This document shows positions 1-10,455 of a stretch of DNA of 64,000 bases, one piece after another. Position numbers and translations under genes: made by a program. Within the stretch, counting starts at the first letter, position 1; every line of letters starts with the position of its first letter. This DNA is from a bacterium (GTDB lineage: Bacteria > UBA8248), in assembly GCA_965207065.1 (NCBI GenBank), contig OZ242260.1, forward strand, positions 1,216,001 through 1,280,000, given 5' to 3'. The notes beneath the pieces were generated by a model. The model was not told the origin of the DNA and made no database searches. It saw only the letters and a list, made by a program, of their open reading frames with translations.

Positions 1-607
1 GGGGCGGCTCGCTCAGCCACTCGGCCATCTGGGCGAGAATCTCCCGCTTGCCGAGCCCCGTGTTCGCGCTGCAGAGAATCGGGCCGGACCAGTGACCGTA
101 CAATCCGCCGCCGTCCACCATGGTTTTCACGAGCGCGTCCAGAACGCCTTTGCGCTCGTTTTGCTTCAGCTTGTCCGCCTTCGTGAGCGCCAGACAGGCC
201 GGCAGGTTCACCGCCGCGAGCCATTCGAGCAGGTGCAGGTCCATCTCCCGCGCGCCCCGGCGCGAATCGATGAGCACCACCACGCCCTGGAGCGTCTCGC
301 GGTGTTCGAGATAAGTCTCGATCATGGGCCGCCAGCGGGCCCTCTCGGCAAGCGGCACCTTCGCGTAGCCGTAGCCCGGCAAATCCACGAGGTTGAAGCG
401 ATCATCCACAGCAAAAAAATTGACGAGCTGCGTCTTGCCCGGCGTAGCGCTCGTCTTGGCCAGGTTCTTGCGGTTGGTCAGGGAATTGATGAGCGAGGAT
501 TTGCCCACGTTGCTCCTGCCTGCGAAGGCGACCTCGGGCAACGCCGCCCTCGGCCAGCCACCACGATCGGCGGCGCTTGTGATGAATCGCGCGTTTTGTA
601 TTTTCAT
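1..607 (-). CDS. engB: Ribosome biogenesis GTP-binding protein YihA/YsxC (3' end runs off the window)
   Basis: Not in the ORF track. Manual translation from ATG at 607 gives MKIQNARFITSAADRGGWPRAALPEVAFAGRSNVGKSSLINSLTNRKNLAKTSATPGKTQLVNFF...VDLPGYGYAK, with the G1/G2/G3 motifs typical of EngB. Confidence 0.93.
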   Translation of the reverse strand, partial: MKIQNARFITSAADRGGWPRAALPEVAFAGRSNVGKSSLINSLTNRKNLAKTSATPGKTQLVNFFAVDDRFNLVDLPGYGYAKVPLAERARWRPMIETYLEHRETLQGVVVLIDSRRGAREMDLHLLEWLAAVNLPACLALTKADKLKQNERKGVLDALVKTMVDGGGLYGHWSGPILCSANTGLGKREILAQMAEWLSEPP

Positions 608-617
608 GCCGCAAGCG

Positions 618-1931
618 TCAGGAGGAATCCCCTGCCGGGGGAGCGTATGCGTGAACGACGAGACCCGTGCGTATCTTGGGATAAAAATAGGTGGACTTGT
701 GCGGCATCTTCCCGCCCGCCTTGGCGATCTCGCATACCGACTCGAGGGGCGTGGGATTCAGCAAGACGGCCACCGCGCACTCCCCGCTCCTTGCGCAGGA
801 GAGCGCCAGTTCCGGGTCGGGCGTGAAGGCGATGTCCCCTTCCTCGTGAGAGGCCTGGAATGCGCCGTCCACGATGTCCGCATGGAGACGGCTCACATCG
901 AGCGCGGCGACGGCTTCTTCCACCGATGCGGTTGCCGCGTCATGCCTGCCAATCAGATAGCGGACGTTCGCGCCGCCGTCATAGACACAAAACACGCTCG
1001 CCCCGCCGTTCGCTCCGGATAACGCCGACAGCCGCTCCGCTACCCGGCCGCAGGCGCCGGCCTCGGGCGCCGCCTCTTCCAGGACATCGTATTTCCCGGC
1101 CAGCGCGGCGAGCGCTTCTCCGGTCGTAGCGGTTACCTTCTTGAGAAGCCGGTAGGTGGGGAGAATCACCATGCCCGGGTCCGCGATGTTGGCCAGGCAC
1201 ATGAGCGTGTAGTCCGCCTCACCCCCTAATGGGGCGCCATTCGCACGGGCAGCGTCTCTCAAGTCCAGGGACGTCTCATAGCGGTGGTGGCCGTCAGCGA
1301 TGAACGCCTCCCTGTCCCTTAGCGATTCCTGCGCGATTGCGATGACTTCCGGGTCGTCGCACCGCCACAGGGTATGTCGCACGCCGTCGTCCTCGAAGTC
1401 GGCGATGGGAGCGCCCTTCTCCGCATTCTTTAAGGCGTTGTTCGCCGTTTCCCGGGGCTCGTCGTAAAAGCTGAAAATCGGTCCGAGATGCGCGCCGCTT
1501 CTCCCCCACAGATCAAACAGATAACCCTTGGGCTTGGGGAAGGTCTGCTCGTGGGGATGGATTTCGCCCGCGCCGTAGGGTTCGAGCTTCACCGCCGCGA
1601 AAAACGCGTTTCTCTCCAGGCGCGTTCCGTCGGGCAGCGCGAAGCGCTGGCGGTAGGGGTAGAGCGCGGGCGTTTCGTCCAGGGTCATCTCCCCGCTCGC
1701 GCGCCAGTTCTTGAGATAATCGACCGCGCGCCCCACGCGGCCCGCGTCCCCGTCTTCACCCTCCAGTATCTCGCCCTGAATCAGCCGCACGATGTTCAGG
1801 GGGTGGCGTTCATAAAACGAACGCCTGATCTCGGACGTAAAAACGTCATAAGGCGGGGAGGAGACCTCTCCCATTTCTTCCGGTGCGATATTCGAATACC
1901 TCAGCGCGCGAAACGCCCGAACCTGAACCAC
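618..1931 (-). CDS. DUF1015 family protein
   Basis: N-terminal VRAFRALRY...SSPPYDV, IHPHEQTF, FIADGHHRYET and C-terminal MPHKSTYFYPKIRTGL are characteristic of DUF1015. Confidence 0.85.
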   Translation of the reverse strand: MVQVRAFRALRYSNIAPEEMGEVSSPPYDVFTSEIRRSFYERHPLNIVRLIQGEILEGEDGDAGRVGRAVDYLKNWRASGEMTLDETPALYPYRQRFALPDGTRLERNAFFAAVKLEPYGAGEIHPHEQTFPKPKGYLFDLWGRSGAHLGPIFSFYDEPRETANNALKNAEKGAPIADFEDDGVRHTLWRCDDPEVIAIAQESLRDREAFIADGHHRYETSLDLRDAARANGAPLGGEADYTLMCLANIADPGMVILPTYRLLKKVTATTGEALAALAGKYDVLEEAAPEAGACGRVAERLSALSGANGGASVFCVYDGGANVRYLIGRHDAATASVEEAVAALDVSRLHADIVDGAFQASHEEGDIAFTPDPELALSCARSGECAVAVLLNPTPLESVCEIAKAGGKMPHKSTYFYPKIRTGLVVHAYAPPAGDSS

Positions 1932-2163
1932 GAAAAACCCCTTTCCAGAATACGATACATAATGATGAGAACAGCGGCGAGGGGATATTAAGGTCGCGCA
2001 TCGAGCCTGTCAAAACATATCGGGAACATGAAGCGTTCTGTGATGCGCCGCACGCGTTCGGGCGTTTCAGGCAAGCGGGTTGACCCCGGTGGATGGGTGC
2101 ACTAGTTTCCTCATCATTACCCACAGGGGCGGAAACTGAAATCGTGAACGAGGAACATCAGGG

Positions 2164-3114
2164 ATGAAAACGAAATTCGGCATCAGCTTCGGCATGCACC
2201 CCGAACGCATCTTTACGCCCGAGGAATCGTATGCGTTCGTAGAGTCCGCCGAATCCCTGGGCTACGATTCCCTGTGGATAGGCGATCACATCTCCTTTTA
2301 CGGCCACTACACCGAGAGCCTCACCACGCTGGCCGCCTTCGCGGCGCGCACCAGCCGCATCACGCTGGGGGTGGGGGTCTACCTCCTGCCGCTGAGACGT
2401 CCCGCCATCGCCGCCAAGACGGCCGCCACGGTGGATTACCTCACGGGCGGGGGACGCTTCGTCTTCGGCGTCGGCGTGGGAGGCGAAGGAAAAACCGAGT
2501 TCGAGCTTTGCGGCGTGCCCGTCAAAGAACGCGGCGCGCGGACGGATGAGTCCATCGAAATCGTGCGAAAACTCTGGAGCGGCGATAAGGTGAGTCACGA
2601 GGGACGCTTCTGGAACTTTACGGACGCACGCCAGACGCCGGCCCCGGCCACGCCGGGGGGGCCGCCCATCTGGGTGGGCGGACGCAGCGACGCCGCCCGG
2701 AAAAGAGCGGCGCTCAGATGCGAGGGCTACGTCTCCTATATGTTTTCTGCTCCGCGCTTCGCCAGGGGACTGGAGGACATGAGGCAATGGGCGGAGGAAG
2801 CGGGTAGGACGCTGGACATCGAAGGGGGCGCGTGGACGCCGGCGCACCACGCGTTCATCTACGTCCACGAGGATGAGGAACGCGCCCTGCGCGAGGGCAT
2901 CAGGAATCTCTCCAGGCGCTACAACATGGATTTTGACGGCATCGCCCAAAAGTATTTATTCTATGGGCCGCGCGAGCGGTGCCTGGAGCAGATAGCGGCG
3001 TTCCAGGAGGCGGGCGCAACGCACTTCATCTTCAAGCACGCGGGTCCGGCGGATGAGGAGATGGACCAGATGGCGCTTCTGGCGGAAGAGGTGATACCCG
3101 AGGTGAGAAATTGA
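2164..3114 (+). CDS. LLM-class (luciferase-like) flavin/F420-dependent oxidoreductase
   Basis: AESLGYDSLWIGDH, AARTSRITLG, GRFVFGVGVG and PPIWVGG motifs. Confidence 0.88.
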   Translation: MKTKFGISFGMHPERIFTPEESYAFVESAESLGYDSLWIGDHISFYGHYTESLTTLAAFAARTSRITLGVGVYLLPLRRPAIAAKTAATVDYLTGGGRFVFGVGVGGEGKTEFELCGVPVKERGARTDESIEIVRKLWSGDKVSHEGRFWNFTDARQTPAPATPGGPPIWVGGRSDAARKRAALRCEGYVSYMFSAPRFARGLEDMRQWAEEAGRTLDIEGGAWTPAHHAFIYVHEDEERALREGIRNLSRRYNMDFDGIAQKYLFYGPRERCLEQIAAFQEAGATHFIFKHAGPADEEMDQMALLAEEVIPEVRN

Positions 3115-3479
3115 GCGAGACGAAAAAAGCAGGCCTCAAATGGCCCGTCTGCACCGTCCTCATCCTCGCGCTACTGGGCGGGATGATCTACTGGGGCTAC
3201 ACGGCGTTCCAGGCCGAACAAGCCATTATCCAGGCGAAAACGGCCCCGCCCGCGCAAACGACGGGGGGCGCGGCGACCGTTGCGGGGACCCAGCCCGTCG
3301 CCTACCGCTCCGCGCTGCCACTGTATTTTCTGGTGGGTTTCGCCCTCGTCATGACGGCCATCATGGGCAGCATCATCTACTTCTGGTGGTCGCTCAAGGA
3401 CTGGGAAGGCGGCAAGCGCTACGGTGACGAGGAAGCGGAAGCCCCGGCCCCCGATTCGGATAAGGTATCCGCTCCTTAG
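3111..3479 (+). CDS. Hypothetical membrane protein (2 TM)
   Basis: TTG start overlaps the LLM stop by 4 nt; two hydrophobic segments. Confidence 0.6.
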   Translation: MSETKKAGLKWPVCTVLILALLGGMIYWGYTAFQAEQAIIQAKTAPPAQTTGGAATVAGTQPVAYRSALPLYFLVGFALVMTAIMGSIIYFWWSLKDWEGGKRYGDEEAEAPAPDSDKVSAP

Positions 3480-3492
3480 GATATTCCAGGGT

Positions 3493-4626
3493 TTACGCCT
3501 GTTCGATGGCGGAGAGGAACCACGTGTTCGGCCCCTCGGGCCGCACCCATGTCCAGTGCTCCGAGAAATTCACCCGCTCCGTGCGGCTGCCTTCGACGAT
3601 ATTCCCGCTTCGCTCTTCCACCACGTAATCGCAAAGACTCGCCTCGTAGCGCACGGCGATAAAATCATAACCCTCTTCGTTCCAGGCCTCGACAATCTCG
3701 GCGCTTTTGATGTCCACGTCGTCGAGCTTGTTGATCTTGCCCTCGCTCTTCAAGCCCTCGATGTCGCGCTGGACCTCGCCGTAAATCTCCTTGTCCATGA
3801 GATCGCGGACAGGAGAAAGATCGCGCGCCGTCCAGGCGTTCTGGAAGCGGATGAAGTTCTCCTTCGCCAGGCCGACGAAGGCCTGCTCGGAAAAGGATGC
3901 GTCACTCTCGGCCATTTTCCGCAAAGCCGCATCGCTCGCGGAATCACGGTGGGTGGCCCGTTCCCCGGGGGCCGGGCCACCGCTCGAACCTCTTGCCGAA
4001 CGGGTCGACCCGCCGGCCGAACCGATATCCGGGCCGCGGTATACGCCGCCTGACCTCTCCTGCCTGCGGGGTTCTTCGTACCTGTCGTGCGGCTCCTCCT
4101 CATATCCCCCCACGCCGTAGGGGTCGGCCTCGGCGTAGCGCTCTCCCGAATAGCGCGGCTCCTGGGAAGCGGCGGCGGTGCGGTTTCTCATCATCCGGAA
4201 GATGAAGAAGATGATGCCGCCGATGAGGAGAATTTCCAGAATTCCGAATCCGCCCCCCATTCCCATACCGCCCATCCCGCCGAAGAGCATGCGTCCAATC
4301 ATGCCGCCCAGCAGAAACCCGCCGATGCCGGCGAACAGGCCCGAGCCTAAGCCCCCGCCCAGGAACGAGGACCTCCGGAGCGGTCTGCGCGAGAAGCTGC
4401 GCGCCCGGGGGCGCGAGCCGAACGAGCGCCTCGAGAAGCCCCTGCGCCCGAAGCTGCCGAACCCGCGCGAGCCGCGGAACCCGAAGGATCGGAAACCGCC
4501 GAAGCGCCTCGCCTCGGCATCCTGGGTCATGAAAACCAGACCATCCGTGGTGCGCGTGGGCGCGCCCAGGTGCGCGGGGGCCAAGAACAACAACGCGAAC
4601 AACAAGGCGATGAGAAAAGACTTCAT
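3493..4626 (-). CDS. Tim44-domain membrane protein
   Basis: Start moved to MKSFLIALL (GGAGG RBS upstream). Signal-like N-terminus, R/G/F-rich segment, Gly-rich TMs, C-terminal Tim44-like domain (FIRFQNAWTARDL...FSEHWTWVR...WFLSAIEQ). Confidence 0.85.
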   Translation of the reverse strand: MKSFLIALLFALLFLAPAHLGAPTRTTDGLVFMTQDAEARRFGGFRSFGFRGSRGFGSFGRRGFSRRSFGSRPRARSFSRRPLRRSSFLGGGLGSGLFAGIGGFLLGGMIGRMLFGGMGGMGMGGGFGILEILLIGGIIFFIFRMMRNRTAAASQEPRYSGERYAEADPYGVGGYEEEPHDRYEEPRRQERSGGVYRGPDIGSAGGSTRSARGSSGGPAPGERATHRDSASDAALRKMAESDASFSEQAFVGLAKENFIRFQNAWTARDLSPVRDLMDKEIYGEVQRDIEGLKSEGKINKLDDVDIKSAEIVEAWNEEGYDFIAVRYEASLCDYVVEERSGNIVEGSRTERVNFSEHWTWVRPEGPNTWFLSAIEQA

Positions 4627-4685
4627 GCGAAACCTCCGAATGCGGCAAAGCCCGAAAAGAAAAAGGGCCGTTCCAGGAATCTGGA

Positions 4686-4714
4686 TTATCCCAACATGGG
4701 AGAGATAAGTCCAC
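4686..4714 (-). promoter_or_regulatory. Putative sigma70 promoter of the Tim44 gene
   Basis: Minus strand reads TGGACT-17 nt-GATAAT with a TG extension. Confidence 0.4.
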
Positions 4715-5067
4715 GCAAAAAGGAAGTTTCGCCTCAGCGAGCCACTTATCCCTTGGCTCGAAAACACCCCCCCTCGCCCTCTCCTCCCCGTCATGCGAAG
4801 CCCACCGCCGCACCAGCGGGGTCAAACCCTCCCTCGTCGGGCTTTTTCAACAACCCCGTATGCGGACCCTGCAAGAAAGAAGACAACCCTGCCCGGTCGG
4901 GATCGATATCCCGCAGAACGGCCAGTCGGCATGGGGCGTGAATCCCCTGAAATCGTTGCTGGCGCATCCGCGCTTTGCTACCATCGGGGCGTCCCGCGAA
5001 ACGCATTTCGTGAAACTGTCCGGGGCCTTGAAGCGCCGGCCCCTAATCTTAAGGAAGCGCCGATTCC

Positions 5068-6267
5068 ATGAACGAAACAAAAAAAATGCCGCTCGAAGGC
5101 GTGCGGGTCATCGACATCGGCACCCTGTTCGCCGGCCCCTGGATAGCCACCTACATGGCGGATTTCGGCGCCGATGTGATCAAGATCGAGCACCCGCGCG
5201 GCGATTCCCTGAGAAACTTCGCCTCCCAGAAAGACGGCGTTTCGCTTTGGTGGAAGCTCGCGAGCCGGAACAAGAAATCCATCACCTGCAACATCTCCTC
5301 GCCCGAGGGGCAGGAGGTCCTCCGCAAGTTGTGCGAGAACGCCGACGTTTTGGTGGAGAACTTCCGCCCCGGCACGATGGAGCGGTGGGGCTTTTCCTGG
5401 GAGAGCCTCCACGCCCTGAACCCCAAGCTCATCCTCGCCAGAACGAGCGGCTTCGGGCAGAAGGGCCCCTACGCGCAAAGGCCCGGCTTCGGCACCCTGG
5501 CGGAGGCGATGAGCGGCTTCGCGCACATCACGGGATTTCCCGACGGGCCGCCCACGCTGCCGCCTTTCGCGCTTGCAGACGGCATCAGCGCGCTGTGCGG
5601 CACCTACGCCGTGATGATGGCGCTCTACCACCGCGACGTACACGGCGCGCCGGGACAGGAAATAGACATCGCCATCTACGAACCCATCACCATGGTGCTG
5701 GGCCCCCAGCCGCTCGAATACGATCAGCTCGGCTACGTTCAGATGCGCACCGGAAACGCCATCCCATTCGCCGCGCCGAGAAACGCCTACCGCTGCAAGG
5801 ACGAGCGCTACGTCGTGATATCCGCGAGTGCCGAGAACATCTTCAAGCGCGTCATGCGCGCTGTGGGGCGAGAGGACCTGGGCGACGACCCCAGGATGGT
5901 GACCCAGGCGGGCCGGGTCGAGAACATGGCCGAACTCGACGGCGCAATCCAGGCCTGGATAGGCGAGCACACGCTCGAGGAGACGATAGCCCACTTCGAA
6001 AAACACGAATGCGCCCTGGGGCCCATCTACGACGTGGCCCAGTTCATGGCGGACCCCCAGGTGCAGGCGCGCGAGACCATCACCACCGTGGAGGATGAGG
6101 AGCTCGGCCCCATCAAGATGCAAAACGTGATTCCGCGTCTGAACGGCTCACCGGGCACAATCCGCTGGGCGGGGCCTCCCATGGGCAAGCACACCGACGA
6201 GGTGCTGGAGGGAATCGGCTACGACGACTCGGCTATCTCCGCGCTCAGGGACAAGGGCATCATCTAG
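5068..6267 (+). CDS. CaiB/BaiF family III CoA-transferase
   Basis: PLEGVRVID...AGP...GADVIKIE, RNKKSI, ADVLVENFRPG, SGFGQKGPY, catalytic Asp in ALADG. Confidence 0.92.
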   Translation: MNETKKMPLEGVRVIDIGTLFAGPWIATYMADFGADVIKIEHPRGDSLRNFASQKDGVSLWWKLASRNKKSITCNISSPEGQEVLRKLCENADVLVENFRPGTMERWGFSWESLHALNPKLILARTSGFGQKGPYAQRPGFGTLAEAMSGFAHITGFPDGPPTLPPFALADGISALCGTYAVMMALYHRDVHGAPGQEIDIAIYEPITMVLGPQPLEYDQLGYVQMRTGNAIPFAAPRNAYRCKDERYVVISASAENIFKRVMRAVGREDLGDDPRMVTQAGRVENMAELDGAIQAWIGEHTLEETIAHFEKHECALGPIYDVAQFMADPQVQARETITTVEDEELGPIKMQNVIPRLNGSPGTIRWAGPPMGKHTDEVLEGIGYDDSAISALRDKGII

Positions 6268-6275
6268 CTTTCGCG

Positions 6276-7178
6276 ATGAGAGCGCCTCCCGAGCACTGCG
6301 TTTTCATCTTTCACGAAGGCTATTACGCCTACATCGGCCAGCACGTCCTGCAAGCCGAGAAATACCAGAAAACCCACACCAGACTGAGAGAAGCCGGGCT
6401 GCCAGAGAGCGCTTTTCTCGCGCCGCGCGCCGCTGAGCCGGAGGAACTCGCCCTCGTCCATACGCAGGAATATCTGGCGGACCTTTACTCGGGCGTTCAC
6501 ACAGCGCGCACGGCGCCGAGCGAGCTCCCCATCAGCAAGCAGATCATGGACGCGAGCTTTTTGGCGACGGGCGGCACGGTTCTCGCCGCGCGCGAGGCGC
6601 TCGATAGGGGCCGCGCCATCAACCTCACAGGAGGCTTCCACCACGCCTTCGCCGATCAGGCCGAGGGGTTTTGCTACGTGAACGACTTGGCGGTCGCCGT
6701 ACGCGTCCTCATAAGAGAGGGCGCGGTCGAAAGAGCCGCCGTGATCGATTGCGACCTGCACCAGGGAAACGGCACCGCCGCCATCTTCAGGCGCGAGGAG
6801 GCGGTGTTCACCTTCTCCATCCATCAGGAGAACATCTACCCGCAAAAGAAGAGAAGCGACGTCGACGTCGGTCTCTACGACCTCGCCACCGAGGATGAAT
6901 ACCTCCCCCATCTCGAAAAACACGTCCCGAGGATTCTCGATGAACACGAGCCCGAACTGGTGATGTACCAGGCGGGGGCGGACCCCTATGCGGGGGATCA
7001 GCTCGGAACGCTCAAGCTCTCGAAGGAGGGTTTGAAGCGGCGCGATGCCTACATCCTCGAAGAGTGCCGGGCGCGCGGGATTCCCGTGGCGGGCACCCTG
7101 GGCGGGGGATACGCCCTGAACCCTGCGGACACCGTGGACATCCACGTTCAGACGGCGATGTGCTTTTGGGAAATATGA
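6276..7178 (+). CDS. Histone deacetylase-family (AcuC-like) Zn-dependent deacylase
   Basis: GGFHHA, GFCYVND, DCDLHQGNGT, AGADPY and GGGY motifs. Confidence 0.9.
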   Translation: MRAPPEHCVFIFHEGYYAYIGQHVLQAEKYQKTHTRLREAGLPESAFLAPRAAEPEELALVHTQEYLADLYSGVHTARTAPSELPISKQIMDASFLATGGTVLAAREALDRGRAINLTGGFHHAFADQAEGFCYVNDLAVAVRVLIREGAVERAAVIDCDLHQGNGTAAIFRREEAVFTFSIHQENIYPQKKRSDVDVGLYDLATEDEYLPHLEKHVPRILDEHEPELVMYQAGADPYAGDQLGTLKLSKEGLKRRDAYILEECRARGIPVAGTLGGGYALNPADTVDIHVQTAMCFWEI

Positions 7179-7257
7179 TACGGCGCTTCTCCCGGAGCGC
7201 GGGCGGCGTGTATACTCCCCTCAAATTTCGTGATTCATCGCAACAATAAGGAAGCGA

Positions 7258-8565
7258 ATGTCCAGTTCCCCAGGAAACAGCCCCGCTAAAAAGCCCAGAT
7301 TCTACTACGGCTGGCTCATCGTCTGGCTCTCTTTCGCCACGCTGGGCTTCCACGTCGTCACGCGGTTTTCCTTCGGCATCTTCCAGGTTCCCCTGCTCGA
7401 GGAGTTCGGCTGGAGCCGGGGTCTTCTGAGCGGAGCGTTCTCGCTCTCGATGGCCACCTACGCCATCGGCGCGCCGTTTGCGGGCTCGCTTTTGGAGAAA
7501 AAAGGCCCGCGCGCCATCATGCCCTGGGGTTCGGTGATACTGGGCCTCACCTTCATCTCGTGTTTCTTCGTGTCCTCGCTCTGGCACCTCTACATCCTGT
7601 TCGGGCTTTTCGCAGGCTACGGCCTCTCGCTGAGCGGTTTCTCCACGCACAGCGCCATCATCCCGCGCTGGTTCGTCAGAAAACGAGGCCGCGCCACGGG
7701 CATCGCGCTCTCGGGTATCGGAATCGGCATCCTCGTCCTGGCGCCGCTGATCGAGCGGCTCATCGCGTCCGTCGGCTGGCGCTACACGTACATGATCTTC
7801 GGCCTGGTCTTGTTGTGCGTCGTAGCGCCTGCCGCATTTGTGCTCCTGCGCGACGTGCCCGAAGACGTCGGCCAGGGGCCGGACGGCGGCCCGCCGCGCA
7901 CGCCCGAGGAGATGGCGAGAGCGGGCGTCGGCCACGGCGGCGAGGGAAAGGGCGTGTGGGAGGTCTTCACGGTCGTGAGGCATGACATCCGTTTTTGGTG
8001 CCTCATCCTGATGGTCTTCGCCATCGGGCTCAACAACAACACCATCATGAGCCAGTTGCAGCTTTATCTCGTCGACGTGGGATACGGCACCGCACTGGCG
8101 GCGGTCATATTCGGCTCCGTCGGCTTCATCCGGACGTTCGGAAGCATCGGCGGCGGATGGGTGGGCGACATCATCGGGCGCGGTCGCGGGGTGGCGCTTG
8201 CAGCCGTGGTGGTGGCGGCTGGCCTGACTTTGCTGATCCTCATTCCCCATTTCGGCGGGGGCATCCTGCCGGGCTACGCCTTCGCACTCGTGTACGGGAT
8301 CGGCATCGGCGCCATGAGCGCATGCTATTCGGCCCTGGCGGGAGATTGCTTCGGGGGCCGCACCTACGGCGTCATCATCGGCTTCATGGAGATCTGCTAC
8401 GGCCTCGGAGGCGTTGTCGGCGCCCCGTTCGCGGGCTTCATGTTCGATTACACGAAAAGCTACCTCATTCCCTTCCTGACGATCATCGCCTTCATGTTCG
8501 TCTCGTTAGCCCTCGCGCTCTGGCTGCAGGCCTACATGAAAAGACACGGCCTGGAGCCGAAGTAG
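7258..8565 (+). CDS. MFS transporter (OFA/MCT-like)
   Basis: About 12 TMs; RFYYGWLIV, EFGWSR, RWFVRKRGRATG, GWVGDIIGR. Confidence 0.9.
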   Translation: MSSSPGNSPAKKPRFYYGWLIVWLSFATLGFHVVTRFSFGIFQVPLLEEFGWSRGLLSGAFSLSMATYAIGAPFAGSLLEKKGPRAIMPWGSVILGLTFISCFFVSSLWHLYILFGLFAGYGLSLSGFSTHSAIIPRWFVRKRGRATGIALSGIGIGILVLAPLIERLIASVGWRYTYMIFGLVLLCVVAPAAFVLLRDVPEDVGQGPDGGPPRTPEEMARAGVGHGGEGKGVWEVFTVVRHDIRFWCLILMVFAIGLNNNTIMSQLQLYLVDVGYGTALAAVIFGSVGFIRTFGSIGGGWVGDIIGRGRGVALAAVVVAAGLTLLILIPHFGGGILPGYAFALVYGIGIGAMSACYSALAGDCFGGRTYGVIIGFMEICYGLGGVVGAPFAGFMFDYTKSYLIPFLTIIAFMFVSLALALWLQAYMKRHGLEPK

Positions 8566-9074
8566 GGGGACGCCTTTTCAACCCTTGCTTGAAAGTTCCG
8601 GGAGCATTGGAAAAACGGCGACCCTCCCCGCCACTTGACCTGGTCTATGAATCATGAGACTTACGCTGCGCGACCAACACGAGAAATGAACTGGCTGGAA
8701 AACACCGCATCGTTAAGAGACACAGATTCGCTGGGTTTTCGCCAGAACCGGCCGGCTTTTCATATTTGAATTCTCATGCACATATATTCGTCCTGGTTTT
8801 TAGTTCCAAGGGTTAGTAGAGAAAGGTCGGTGCACCACGGAATAGAACGTTATGGTAAGAGCGGAAGGTAAGTCCCTGCCTGTTCGTCTTTTTCCAACAT
8901 AAAGAAGTCAACCAAGAGCGCCGCGCCGCCATTGCGTCTTTCGGCCTGTCCGGAAACGTGCGCGAGGACGGCAAGCTGCGCGGCTACGCTCAAGGTGCGG
9001 GTTCTCGACTGTGGAAAGCGCGGAAAATGGGTCCGGGAAAGCTATTCATCGTATTCAGACAGAGGACCCGAGAA

Positions 9075-10451
9075 ATGAACTACACGAGAAGGCAGTTTCT
9101 TAGGAACGCGGCGACCGTCTCCGCGCTCCTGGCGACCGGGTGCGTCAGCCCCCACGGACACAAGGCATCCTATACGAGCCAGATACTCAAGCCCAAAAAC
9201 CAGAACCCCGTCTTTCATTGGGTCGACGCGGCCTTACAGCAGGTGCGTGACCAAAGAGCCACCCCGCCCCTGGCGGCATACTGTTGCGCTCTGCCCATGG
9301 CCGCCGGCTTTCTCGCCGCAAACGGAATTCTCCAGGCTTACGAGGAACCCTTCGGGGTCGGCGTTGGCCCGCGCGGCGCGGACCCCGAAGTCGCCTACGG
9401 CGTGGCTTTCGCAAGCGCGGCCGCGGAAGCGTTCCAGCAGCCTTTTCTTTTTGAGCGCATGGCGTTCCTGGAGCGTTATCCCGCGGGCGAGGCGAAGTCC
9501 CTGGGCGTCAGGTGGGGCCGCGCGGCCGCCCGCAAGGTGCTGAGGATGCGGACAAACGACGGCGCCGAGCCCAGCGAGTCCCGTTATTATCTCGGACGCT
9601 ACAAACGGCGCACGGATTCGCTGCGATGGGCGCCCACCGGCCCGTTCTACGGGACGAATCCCGGCCCTGCGTTTCCCACTTTTGATCGCGGCCTCTATCC
9701 GGGACAGGGGCGAATCAAACCCTGGACCATGAAGAGCGGTTCGCAGTTTCGCGCATCGGGCTTCTACGATCCGGCGAGCCCGGAATTTGCAGACGAGTTC
9801 GACAGAATACGCCGCCTGGGAGGAATGGAAAGCACCATCCGAACCGCCGATCAGTCCCAGATCGCGCTTTTCTGGGAAGACGGTCCCTGGGGCGTCACGG
9901 CGCCGGGGCACATGATCTGCATCGCCATACAGATTCTGCAGGATAGAGGCTTGAGCTTCATCGAACTCGCACGCGCCTTCGCCTTGATCGGCATGACGCA
10001 GTGCGACGCCTCCATCAGCGCGTGGGACAACAAGTACCATCACGACGTCCTCCGTCCGGAAACCGCCATTCGCGCCCGCGCGCCCAAGCTCGGCAACCCG
10101 GATTCGCGGGTGGTGCGGCAACCCGGCTGGCGCAGCTTCGTTCCGGCTCCGGAATTTCCCTCCTTCACTTCGGGGCATTCCACCTTCGGCGCCGCCGCCG
10201 CCGAGATGATCGCGCTTATCCATGGACGCGACGACATTTCGTTCTCGGGCCGTTCGCCCGATGAGGTGCTGTGGCCGCAATTAAAAGGCGTCACCAGACA
10301 CTGGAGGAGTCTCTCCCACATGGCGGAAGAAAACGGACTCAGCCGTATCTACGGCGGCGTTCACTGGGAAATCGACAATACGGAAGCATTGAAAGCCGGC
10401 CGCGCCATCGCACGCCAGGCCTTTCTCTCCACTTTTCCGAAAAAGGCCTGA
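9075..10451 (+). CDS. Vanadium-dependent haloperoxidase (PAP2 superfamily), Tat-exported lipoprotein
   Basis: Start moved to MNYTRRQFL (twin-Arg) followed by LLATGC (lipobox-like). Vanadate-binding motifs K-x6-RP (KYHHDVLRP), PSFTSGHS and SRIYGGVHW. Confidence 0.85.
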   Translation: MNYTRRQFLRNAATVSALLATGCVSPHGHKASYTSQILKPKNQNPVFHWVDAALQQVRDQRATPPLAAYCCALPMAAGFLAANGILQAYEEPFGVGVGPRGADPEVAYGVAFASAAAEAFQQPFLFERMAFLERYPAGEAKSLGVRWGRAAARKVLRMRTNDGAEPSESRYYLGRYKRRTDSLRWAPTGPFYGTNPGPAFPTFDRGLYPGQGRIKPWTMKSGSQFRASGFYDPASPEFADEFDRIRRLGGMESTIRTADQSQIALFWEDGPWGVTAPGHMICIAIQILQDRGLSFIELARAFALIGMTQCDASISAWDNKYHHDVLRPETAIRARAPKLGNPDSRVVRQPGWRSFVPAPEFPSFTSGHSTFGAAAAEMIALIHGRDDISFSGRSPDEVLWPQLKGVTRHWRSLSHMAEENGLSRIYGGVHWEIDNTEALKAGRAIARQAFLSTFPKKA

Positions 10452-10455
10452 GATC

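Noticed and set aside
4330-4510. Repetitive R/G/F/S-rich DNA in the Tim44 gene
   Set aside because: Low-complexity coding sequence typical of Tim44-family N-termini, not a separate repeat element
4860-6098. 412-aa Arg-rich ORF overlapping the CoA-transferase gene
   Set aside because: Alternate-frame artefact; the 5068-6267 frame carries all the family motifs
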